Source: a virus (taxonomy: Duplodnaviria; Caudoviricetes). Taken from it: a stretch of 60,984 bases of DNA. The notes under the pieces were generated by a model, which was not told the origin of the DNA, ran no database searches, and saw only the letters and a list, made by a program, of their open reading frames with translations. A program made the position numbers and the translations under genes. How positions within the stretch are numbered: position 1 is the first letter of the stretch; the number at the start of each line of letters is the position of its first letter. Below are positions 37,436 to 45,374 of the stretch, piece after piece. Location: positions 1 to 60,984 of the IMG/VR virus record IMGVR_UViG_3300009161_000006. The stretch is one strand, 5' to 3'.

Positions 37436-38644
37436 TTACGCTCCTACTTCATCATTATTTATTGAGTTACTCAACCCATCACTTTTAATTTTGCTTACAT
37501 CAATATTGTCAAGCACCTTGTTATTATACATCTTAGAGTATTGTATGAATTTATTAACCTTAGTTAGCAACTGCGATTGAGTATAAATTAACCTCAAGTG
37601 CTTGTATAACTTAGACCTCTGATTGACAATCATCTTGAGTACATCAACCTCCGAAGCATTGATATTGGTCATTATTATCCTCATTAAGTCACGTCTCCAA
37701 AGTAAATTTTTGATAGATTTTACAGAGGAAGGTAGCCTTATCTCCACCCTATTATTCTTGATATAAAAAGATGAGTATTTATCTCTCGTATAGAAGTACT
37801 CTTGCTTCTTCTTAGCTTTAGAGTATGTCTTATCGAGCCTATTCTCATACATTGAATAGAGCAGTGGTATAAACCCACTCATGCCCTCAAATAATTCATC
37901 AGGTGAATACTTAGTTGATGACACATTTATATGACCCCCACAATTTTCAGATGACTTGGCATTAATTAAGGTCATTAAGTCGGGGTCTTTTATATCATTG
38001 TCCATATCATTAGTGAACAAGTCAAAGGTCGGACTGACCAACTCATAGCCAATACAGCTATCTAATGACCCGTCATTCTCCTTGCCCCAACCTGTTCTAT
38101 CGTACACATCTCTATAGTATATTCCACAGGCATCGCCATCTTCCTTCTCCACCTCGAAGCCAACCCTCCAAACTGTTTTCTCAGTGGACTTGTCCCTTCG
38201 TGATAGCGATTGATAACTTGCATTATTTTCCGATTGGTCATCATCATCATCCGACTCATAATTTGAATCATAGTACTCATCTCGTCTGTCTGACCAATAG
38301 ATGCCATGGTCATTTGCTACGTCGCTGTCGGCATAAACTTCACCCCTACATTCTATTGATTCATCTCTGCAGAAGTATCCCTGAGCTCTTCTTGATACGT
38401 ATCCATATTGGCATCTATGGTTCTCTGTATCTATCCACTCATCATGATACTCTGAGTATGCTATGCTCTCATTACCTTCAATAAATGTACTGCCAAAATA
38501 TTCAGTATGCACATCATCATTTAGACACCATTCGTTCTCCATATCGGTCAAGGTACAGTCTGATTTCAACTCCCAAGTCCCATCGTGTAGTTCTACACAT
38601 AATTCTGCGGGGTGTACGTCCCCATTGCTTACCATTATATTCAT
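37436..38644 (-). CDS. Putative amidoligase (Amidoligase_2-like) 1 with acidic, aromatic N-terminal region
   Basis: GFEVEK, ENDGSL, YELVSP, CGGHIN, VEIRLP motifs. Confidence 0.8.
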   Translation of the reverse strand: MNIMVSNGDVHPAELCVELHDGTWELKSDCTLTDMENEWCLNDDVHTEYFGSTFIEGNESIAYSEYHDEWIDTENHRCQYGYVSRRAQGYFCRDESIECRGEVYADSDVANDHGIYWSDRRDEYYDSNYESDDDDDQSENNASYQSLSRRDKSTEKTVWRVGFEVEKEDGDACGIYYRDVYDRTGWGKENDGSLDSCIGYELVSPTFDLFTNDMDNDIKDPDLMTLINAKSSENCGGHINVSSTKYSPDELFEGMSGFIPLLYSMYENRLDKTYSKAKKKQEYFYTRDKYSSFYIKNNRVEIRLPSSVKSIKNLLWRRDLMRIIMTNINASEVDVLKMIVNQRSKLYKHLRLIYTQSQLLTKVNKFIQYSKMYNNKVLDNIDVSKIKSDGLSNSINNDEVGA

Positions 38645-38688
38645 AATAAATTTAATTTAATTGTTGCCTACTCTATTAGGTTTTCAGC

Positions 38689-39165
38689 TTACCCTTTATT
38701 GATTAAAAAATATCTTGGCTGATGAAAATCATCAAATCCATAGTCTTGCATTGAAATTATTGTTGTCCAACCTGCCTTCATAATTTCGTAGTGAGTTTGA
38801 CTTCTGCCTTCTCCTTCCGACCACGCTCCCAAAGTATACCAATCCTTATCGAAGAACTCTTCTATCTCTTGTTCTGATAGTTCTTCTTTAAATCTGTAGG
38901 TGGTTTTCCCATCAATTACATTGTAAATTTCGTTGCCTGATGCGTCTTCAAAAGAAAGTACACAATCATTGAAATCAATTTCATCAAAAGTGTAATAGGT
39001 ATATGTTGTTCCTTCACAACAAGGGCAACCACTTTCTATTGAAACATATTCTATACCTTCGTTTATTTCATCACAATTTCTTGCTATGATACATATGTGT
39101 TTATTTTCAATTCTCACATTATTGTCATGATAAATCATAAGCCACGACGTTATTTTTTCTTCCAT
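38689..39165 (-). CDS. Hypothetical acidic early protein
   Basis: 158-aa ORF with CPCC motif. Confidence 0.6.
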   Translation of the reverse strand: MEEKITSWLMIYHDNNVRIENKHICIIARNCDEINEGIEYVSIESGCPCCEGTTYTYYTFDEIDFNDCVLSFEDASGNEIYNVIDGKTTYRFKEELSEQEIEEFFDKDWYTLGAWSEGEGRSQTHYEIMKAGWTTIISMQDYGFDDFHQPRYFLINKG

Positions 39166-39495
39166 ACGTTCTAATTTTTAATTATTAATAGTAACCTCGA
39201 GGTTACTTTTGATTTATACTATTTTATTCATTGTAGTCATCGTAAATAGTAATCCTATACTTATTCAAAATAAGTGGTGCTTGTGCATTTTTCATAAGTT
39301 CCATTAATTCCTCTATAGTATTGATTTCTATTATCAATTCTTCTTCATCATATTCATTTAGTTCAGTTCTTACAATAAACTTAGAAGCTTCTTTGTAATA
39401 AGCCTTTGCAGTACCCCACGATGCACATTTTAACATAAATTCCATACTTTCTAATTTTTAATTATTAATAGTGGTTTCAAAACCACATTTGATTT
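39160..39495. repeat. 56-bp direct repeat (39160-39215, 39440-39495) with different central 16-bp palindromes
   Basis: TTCCATAC.TTCTAATTTTTAATTATTAATA-[GTAACCTCGAGGTTAC or GTGGTTTCAAAACCAC]-.TTTGATTT. Confidence 0.9.
39224..39445 (-). CDS. Hypothetical protein
   Basis: IEINTIEEL...ITIYDDY.E motif. Confidence 0.6.
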   Translation of the reverse strand: MEFMLKCASWGTAKAYYKEASKFIVRTELNEYDEEELIIEINTIEELMELMKNAQAPLILNKYRITIYDDYNE

Positions 39496-39739
39496 CAATT
39501 GTTACTTCATCCATTGCGCCCTCGAGTGACAGTGAGTCCAAATCAGCGAACCGACTCGCACAATAGCCCTGCCATCGAAGACCGTTCTTTGTAGTCCCCT
39601 TGTTATTCACACCGGAGATGATGAACGTCCTCTGCTCGAATCCATTGATGAACTCATCAAGGACATAATACTCTCTACCATTCACGACCTTTGCCCCTTC
39701 AGGTAACTTCTTATCATTGATACACGTTACCTTTCTCAT
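39458..39739 (-). CDS. Hypothetical protein (KVTCIND, SH3-like start)
   Basis: 93-aa ORF. Confidence 0.6.
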   Translation of the reverse strand: MRKVTCINDKKLPEGAKVVNGREYYVLDEFINGFEQRTFIISGVNNKGTTKNGLRWQGYCASRFADLDSLSLEGAMDEVTIEIKCGFETTINN

Positions 39740-39945
39740 CTTATATTTAGATTACTAAATATCCATTCTTCATCAAAGCGAAGCAGGTCATTTAGTTGTG
39801 TCTCACTAATCCCATTCTCGAATAGCTCTTCGATTAATGAAACGAAATCATCTTCCTTGCCCTCACTTATTATTCTGTCTTTGGTTTCTTCTGCACCACC
39901 CCACGCATCAAATTGTCTTAAGTTAATCTCGCTTGTTACTCTCAT
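39736..39945 (-). CDS. Hypothetical protein
   Basis: FDAWGGA...ETQLND.L.F motif. Confidence 0.6.
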   Translation of the reverse strand: MRVTSEINLRQFDAWGGAEETKDRIISEGKEDDFVSLIEELFENGISETQLNDLLRFDEEWIFSNLNIR

Positions 39946-39957
39946 AATTTCTGTTTT

Positions 39958-40158
39958 TTATTGGTTTATATGTTCTATTAAAAATAATTTTCTAGTCCAT
40001 TCCTCATCCTGCATTATAACATCAAGGAACATTTCACCCGTCTCTTCGTCTAAATAGACTTCATAATGAACTATACCGAAATCATCTGACCACAGGTCGA
40101 TAATAAATGATGTAGTTAGTGCGCCCATTGGTAACTCTTCTAATACTTTATACTTCAT
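39958..40158 (-). CDS. Hypothetical acidic protein
   Basis: 66-aa ORF with A-rich leader. Confidence 0.55.
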   Translation of the reverse strand: MKYKVLEELPMGALTTSFIIDLWSDDFGIVHYEVYLDEETGEMFLDVIMQDEEWTRKLFLIEHINQ

Positions 40159-40170
40159 AAGTTCTATTTT

Positions 40171-40323
40171 TTAGTAGGTATAAATTTCTTCTTCTTCGCA
40201 TACTTGACTATTAATCTCAATAAGATATAACATCTCCATACACTCATCATAAGACCCTCTCATGATTGTTCCGAATTGGTCATCAATTAGACACCAATCG
40301 TTTGTTGATTTGATTACTTCCAT
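40171..40323 (-). CDS. Hypothetical 50-aa protein (MEVIKSTNDW...), not in ORF track
   Basis: Manual translation; fills the gap with stop/start overlap. Confidence 0.5.
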   Translation of the reverse strand: MEVIKSTNDWCLIDDQFGTIMRGSYDECMEMLYLIEINSQVCEEEEIYTY

Positions 40324-40499
40324 TACTTTGCAGTTTTTTGTTGATTGTGAATACTATTTACCTGTCCGTATGCGTCACATTCTACATACTTTCGCCCATT
40401 ATTGCAACTCGTTAACACAACTAATAACACAATCGCTATTAGCATTGCTATTTTTATGCAGAACAACTGCACATAAATGTTCTTTGATAATCTTTTCAT
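40323..40499 (-). CDS. Small putative lipoprotein (58 aa), not in ORF track
   Basis: MKRLSKN...LIAIVLLVVLTS-C-NNGRKYVECDAYG lipobox-like. Confidence 0.55.
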   Translation of the reverse strand: MKRLSKNIYVQLFCIKIAMLIAIVLLVVLTSCNNGRKYVECDAYGQVNSIHNQQKTAK

Positions 40500-40886
40500 T
40501 TCTTTTAGTTTTTAGTTGTTGGTTTATATTATATTATAGTAGTGACTTAAGTATTCTTTAGCCATATATCTAACATCTCGGATACTATATCCTTGATTAT
40601 CTATTGCATTTCCATTCCTATAAACTGATTGTGTAGATGTCTTTGGATAAATAGCCATTCTATAAATATGGTTGAAGCATTTACTATTTGTCACCCCATA
40701 AATAAGAATTATGTTTATATCATCGTACTCTACAGAGTGATTTATAAACTCTTTCACATCGGAGTTATAATCCAATATACTTTTACGCTCAATTTCAACC
40801 TGTGCCAAAAAGGTTCCTGCTAGCATTTCATCCCATCTCATTTCTAATTCGCTTTCTGATTTCATTTCTTTTAGTTTTTAATTGTT
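40494..40886. repeat. 27-bp direct repeat of leader plus start (40494-40520, 40860-40886)
   Basis: Minus strand AACAA(C/T)TAAAAACTAAAAGAAATGAAA, one mismatch. Confidence 0.85.
40524..40865 (-). CDS. Hypothetical protein
   Basis: 113-aa ORF between leader repeats. Confidence 0.55.
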   Translation of the reverse strand: MKSESELEMRWDEMLAGTFLAQVEIERKSILDYNSDVKEFINHSVEYDDINIILIYGVTNSKCFNHIYRMAIYPKTSTQSVYRNGNAIDNQGYSIRDVRYMAKEYLSHYYNII

Positions 40887-41160
40887 ATTATTTTGAATTT
40901 ATTTTTATTGTGACTCCCTTGAGCCACCAATTGATTGCGCTTATAATAGCATAGCGCCATACTATAAAAGTAATAGGTCTCACATATAGAGCCATTTACA
41001 TATTGTAGTTGGTAGGTCATTATGGTTTAGTTTTTAAGTTATTGTATACATACACAATCATAAATAATGATAAAATCATTAAGCAAACACCAATACACGT
41101 TGTTACATTTTCCATTTCATTTAATTATTAAATTATAAATACTATTTTTTTAAGTTGAAC

Positions 41161-41178
41161 TGTGGTTTTGAAACCACA
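41161..41178. promoter_or_regulatory. Palindromic site TGTGGTTT(TG/CA)AAACCACA; copies at 39471-39487, 41161-41178, 41571-41588, 42074-42091
   Basis: Four near-identical 16-18 bp palindromes within 2.7 kb. Confidence 0.75.
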
Positions 41179-41320
41179 ATCGATTTCATTCTCATTGGGG
41201 CGCACGTCCCCTGTGACAGTGAGAGCATTCATCTCCACCCTCGCACCCTTAATTTGTTTGTACGTATTAATTTACCTTCAAAGAAGAAGCCCCAAATTTC
41301 ATAGAGCCCCTCAATTCTAA

Positions 41321-41548
41321 TTATTCGGCTTTCCATAAGTTCCATTTATTAGATTGGTTTATACTATAGCGTTCATTAAATTGCGCTTGCGTCACTTCCC
41401 ATATCTCCACATTCTCATTAAAAGCCACTTCCACCACGAACTCATGGTTTTCGGGGTTATTAACATTATCCTCCCAAGCAGTTTGTGAGAGTGAATTGCA
41501 CCCTGCACAAAGTGACAGGACTAAAAATATTTTTATTGTTCGTTTCAT
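41321..41548 (-). CDS. Putative lipoprotein
   Basis: MKRTIKIFLVLSLCAG-C lipobox. Confidence 0.65.
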   Translation of the reverse strand: MKRTIKIFLVLSLCAGCNSLSQTAWEDNVNNPENHEFVVEVAFNENVEIWEVTQAQFNERYSINQSNKWNLWKAE

Positions 41549-41612
41549 TTTTTTTTTATTAAAGTAAAAATGTGGTTTTGAAACCACACTATAAAAAATA
41601 TTCGTATACGCA

Positions 41613-41639
41613 AAAGCACCCTGTAAAACAGGGCGCTTT
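41613..41639 (-). terminator. Terminator after first early gene
   Basis: AAAGCACCCTG-TAAAA-CAGGGCGCTTT stem, U run on minus strand. Confidence 0.65.
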
Positions 41640-41662
41640 AATTATTCGTTTGTTCGTTTGTT

Positions 41663-42199
41663 TTACCCTTCTATCATGGTATCCATTTTGCGTTTAAGCA
41701 ATACAATAACTGCTTGAATTTGCGCCTTTGTTAGTGTACTTGTCAATTCGTCCTTATCGTTAATTGATAATTTTGACTCACCGAAAGTTAATTTTAGCTT
41801 AAATTCTTCCTTTTCTTTCGTTGGCGTATCGGTAGCGAATTTCAAAAAGTCCTGCACATTGTAGGAATCCCGAACTGAAGCTAAATAAGCGCCTTGCTTA
41901 TCGGCAAATTTATTTGCCTTAATTAATCGGTAACACCACGACTTTTCTTGAAATCCCAAGTATAAAAAGAAATCTTCCATTGTCCATTCAACGTCTGCGA
42001 CCTTGAAAAACTGTTTACATTCTTTAGTTTTGAAGTATTCAGCGCTTTCACTTACTAATTTCGCAAGACACATTGTGGTTTCAAAACCACACTTAAAACC
42101 TTGCGTTACGGCTGAATTAAGTTCGCTAATTTCTTGAGCGTTAATTCCTTTTCTTGCATTGTTCACTGCTTTGCTTTCATTCGTTGTTAATGTTTTCAT
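41663..42199 (-). CDS. First early gene, hypothetical (possibly DNA binding)
   Basis: Downstream of - strand promoter 42260-42267; contains one palindrome copy. Confidence 0.65.
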   Translation of the reverse strand: MKTLTTNESKAVNNARKGINAQEISELNSAVTQGFKCGFETTMCLAKLVSESAEYFKTKECKQFFKVADVEWTMEDFFLYLGFQEKSWCYRLIKANKFADKQGAYLASVRDSYNVQDFLKFATDTPTKEKEEFKLKLTFGESKLSINDKDELTSTLTKAQIQAVIVLLKRKMDTMIEG

Positions 42200-42482
42200 A
42201 ATAAATAAAATTAAGTAATAAATAAAATTGTTTGATGTTCAATACCTTATCGAACACAACAAAGATAGTACAATAATCGGATATAGAAAGTATAAAACTA
42301 AAATAATTTACTTTTTTTATTTGCCTATGTCCTGAAAGCCCCGCCACCACTACGTTTCAGGGTTAAAAAAAGTTTTGTTCCGTATGTTATGTTAGTGGTT
42401 TTGATAGGATAGGCAGGGCTTAAACCCTTACTGCTACTACGTTTCAGCGCTTTTAGTGTGCTTGTCCCTTGCTATATTGAAT

Positions 42483-42610
42483 CGTGTGTGCGTGTGCGTG
42501 GCTAGTATGTACGGGTGTGTGTGCGTGTGCGTGTGTGCGTGTGCGTGGGTGCATACGTGGGCGTATGTGCGTGTGCGTTACGTGTGTGCGTGTGTGTGCG
42601 TGTACGCATG
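42483..42610. repeat. Alternating purine-pyrimidine low-complexity tract (GTGT/GCGT)
   Basis: ~128 bp of (GY)n-like sequence in an AT-rich genome, at the divergent strand switch. Confidence 0.9.
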
Positions 42611-42776
42611 GGAAAAAGCCAAAAAAACGAGCAATGACGGGGCTTTCAGCACCCCACTGCCCTAAAAAAATGTCGTTTCCGTGCGTGGACCGGCGACGCC
42701 ATACCATACCATCATCCAACTACTACTATTATCTAATAAAATTTTATACCTTTGTAACTCACTAAAACAAAAGATT

Positions 42777-43025
42777 ATGTACGGAAAAAATTTAGGTAGT
42801 ATTTACGGAATAATGGACGATGGACTAACTGTAAAGGACGGTAGATTGATTAACAATAGACCAAATGGGAAGAACGGAATTGAGAAAGCTTGTGAGTTAA
42901 AGAAGGCTATAAAAAAGGCTGAGAAGATTAGTATGATATCTGAAGGAGTTGCTTTAGGGGATATGAAAGCAGAGATGAGAGAGGAGGGAATGGGTATGAT
43001 TATGCCATTTAAGTTTAAAAGATAA
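42777..43025 (+). CDS. Hypothetical protein (MYGKNLG...DGRLINNRP)
   Basis: ATG 42777 downstream of TACCTTTG (42747). Confidence 0.6.
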   Translation: MYGKNLGSIYGIMDDGLTVKDGRLINNRPNGKNGIEKACELKKAIKKAEKISMISEGVALGDMKAEMREEGMGMIMPFKFKR

Positions 43026-43029
43026 CAAT

Positions 43030-43205
43030 CGACACTACTTTGTGTTGATTTTAGTGTCGTTTTTATTTTTGTAACTAACTGATTATTAATACTTTATTCT
43101 TTTAATGTCGATTATGTCGATTTTAAAGAGAAAATAGAATGAGATAAAACTATATATAGTAATAATATATATATATATATATAGGGAAAAATTAAATTGA
43201 CATTA
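43030..43205. promoter_or_regulatory. Origin-like region B: RTGTCGATT repeats plus (TA)n tract
   Basis: CGACACTA/TAGTGTCG inverted pair, tandem ATGTCGATT at 43105 and 43114, long TA run; same layout as 27739-27870. Confidence 0.45.
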
Positions 43206-43288
43206 AGGTTTTAATATAAAAAAAAATAAATTTCTATTATATTATAAATTGGTATATCTTTGCGTCAATAATTTAATCAAATATAAAT

Positions 43289-44899
43289 ATGATAGATAGT
43301 GCAGGGTATTCACCCAAGAACTTACATTTCGGCGAAGAGGGCCGAAAGAAACTAATCAAAGGAGTAACAACAATGTCTAATGCTGTGAAGAGCACATTAG
43401 GACCGGGCGGTAATACTGTTTTAATAGAGTCGGTAAATCACTTACGTGGTATAACTGTAACTAAGGATGGTGTAACTGTTGCTCGTTCTATAGATTTGTT
43501 AGACCCTGTTGAGAATTTAGCGGTACGTATGATGAAGGAGGCTGCGGACCAAACTGCAACGAGTGCAGGAGACGGTACGACTACGGCTATTGTATTAACG
43601 GAGTCATTGGTATTGGGTGGATTGGAGTTAATAACTATTGACCACAACAGAACGGAGGTTTTGCGACAGCTATCGGAGATAACTAATAAGGTGGTGGAGA
43701 GATTGCGAGATAAGTCTACTGATGTAACGGATGATATGATAGTTGACGTTGCTACTATATCTGCGAACAATGACAGGAGTATAGGAACGATAATAGCTGA
43801 GGTATATGGTGACGTTGGTAAGACGGGCATGGTAACGGTTGAGCGTTCACAGACATCTGACACATATTCAGAGACGACAACGGGTATTAAGGTAGACAGG
43901 GGGTATAGTTCGCCATTATTCATTAATGACCAAAAGCGAGACGAGTGTATATTTGAGGACACCATGATATTGGTAGCTGACGTAGACATAAATAATATCT
44001 TACAGATAGAGAACATATTAAAGCCAATTATAAATGAGGGCAAGAAATTATTAATTATAGCTCCGTGTAATGCGAATGTGGTGAACACATTGGCGGCAAA
44101 TGTAATGAAGGGTAATTTGAAGGTATGTGTAGTAGCTCCTCCAAATTTTGGATATAAGCAACATGAATTAATGCAAGACATCGCCATAAGTGTTGGAGCT
44201 ACTTATTTTAGTGAGGGTACGGGTGATGATTTGAGTCATATTACTTATGATGATTTGGGTCATGCTGCCAAGGTTATAATCGGAAGGGAGAAGACTGTTA
44301 TATTAAAGTCAAGTGAAAACATAAACCAATCCGACATTGACGAGAGGGTAAAGCAATTGCGAGATGCTCATACACTTGCAAAGCGGAAAGATGACAAAGA
44401 CTTTATTATTGAGCGCATAGCGTCATTAACGGGTGGTATAGGTGTAATATTTGTTGGTGGCAATACTGACTTGGAGCAGAAGGAGTTGTATGACAGGGTT
44501 GATGATGCTGTGTGTGCTGTTCGTTCTGCATTAGAGGAGGGTATATTAGCAGGAGCAGGTAAGGCTTTGTATGAGATTAGCTTCGATGATTTTTTTGATG
44601 GCAAGTTGAGTAAGGAGCAAGAGGTAGCGTGTATTATTTTAAGGGAAGCCTTAAGGTCTCCATTGGTTCAGATATTAAATAACGCAGGGTTATTCGTTGA
44701 GAAGATTTACAGTGGTGATATTGCAGATGGCCATGGTTACAACTTAAAGACATCTGAGATGGGTGACTTGATTGAGATGGGTGTCATTGACCCACTAAAA
44801 GTTACTCGTAGTGCATTACAGAACGCAGTTAGTGTAGCTACTACAATACTAAGCACAAATGCCATTATTACAATGGCACGAACATATGAGTCACAATAA
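43289..44899 (+). CDS. groEL: Phage-encoded chaperonin GroEL
   Basis: TLGP.G..V, TKDGVTVA, AGDGTTTA, DRGY.SP.F, GVIDP.KV.R.AL.NA; lacks the GGM tail. Confidence 0.96.
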   Translation: MIDSAGYSPKNLHFGEEGRKKLIKGVTTMSNAVKSTLGPGGNTVLIESVNHLRGITVTKDGVTVARSIDLLDPVENLAVRMMKEAADQTATSAGDGTTTAIVLTESLVLGGLELITIDHNRTEVLRQLSEITNKVVERLRDKSTDVTDDMIVDVATISANNDRSIGTIIAEVYGDVGKTGMVTVERSQTSDTYSETTTGIKVDRGYSSPLFINDQKRDECIFEDTMILVADVDINNILQIENILKPIINEGKKLLIIAPCNANVVNTLAANVMKGNLKVCVVAPPNFGYKQHELMQDIAISVGATYFSEGTGDDLSHITYDDLGHAAKVIIGREKTVILKSSENINQSDIDERVKQLRDAHTLAKRKDDKDFIIERIASLTGGIGVIFVGGNTDLEQKELYDRVDDAVCAVRSALEEGILAGAGKALYEISFDDFFDGKLSKEQEVACIILREALRSPLVQILNNAGLFVEKIYSGDIADGHGYNLKTSEMGDLIEMGVIDPLKVTRSALQNAVSVATTILSTNAIITMARTYESQ

Positions 44900-45374
44900 G
44901 TGTAAGAAATGTGGAAAAGATTTTATTCCTGAAAAGGGATTAGTAAGTCATTGTAGCTTATTTTGCAGGAACTCAAGGCCTTGTACTGAAGAAACAAAGT
45001 CTTTAAAGAGTAATGTGATAAAAAAAAATTGGGCTGATGGAGTGTATGCAAATACTGATTGGAGCAAAGTAAATAGTAATCCTGATAAGATAAAAAATCA
45101 AATTGAGACATGGGAGAAAAAGATAAATGATAGGTTATTAAATGGTGAGCCTTTGCATGTACAAACAGTAAGAAAAATATTAAGAAAAAGGCGCGGTGAT
45201 TTTTGTTATATATGTGGTCTATCAGATTGGTTAGGGAATAAAATATCTCTTGAGACTCATCACATTGATGGCAATAATAAAAACAATACTATAAATAACT
45301 TACAAATACTTTGTCCAAACTGTCATTCACAAACTAATAATTATAGAGGTAAAAACATAAAACAAAAAAAATGA
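44886..45374 (+). CDS. HNH endonuclease with N-terminal Zn finger
   Basis: CKKC..HCSLFC; CYICG...LETHHIDGN..NN..NNLQILCPNCHSQT. Confidence 0.88.
   Translation: MSHNKCKKCGKDFIPEKGLVSHCSLFCRNSRPCTEETKSLKSNVIKKNWADGVYANTDWSKVNSNPDKIKNQIETWEKKINDRLLNGEPLHVQTVRKILRKRRGDFCYICGLSDWLGNKISLETHHIDGNNKNNTINNLQILCPNCHSQTNNYRGKNIKQKK

Noticed and set aside
39471-42091. Palindrome copies as a CRISPR array
   Set aside because: Spacing is irregular (400-1700 bp), orientation is mixed, repeats are short, and no cas genes are present
42453-42765. ORFs 42453-42719, 42456-42665, 42484-42765 and the 5' part of 42681-43025
   Set aside because: Artefacts of the stop-free GT/GC low-complexity tract (CVCA/HTH repeats)
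43438-44187. 249-aa antisense ORF in groEL, and the other antisense or short shadow ORFs within long genes
   Set aside because: Expected shadow ORFs from codon bias; no leaders or recognisable motifs
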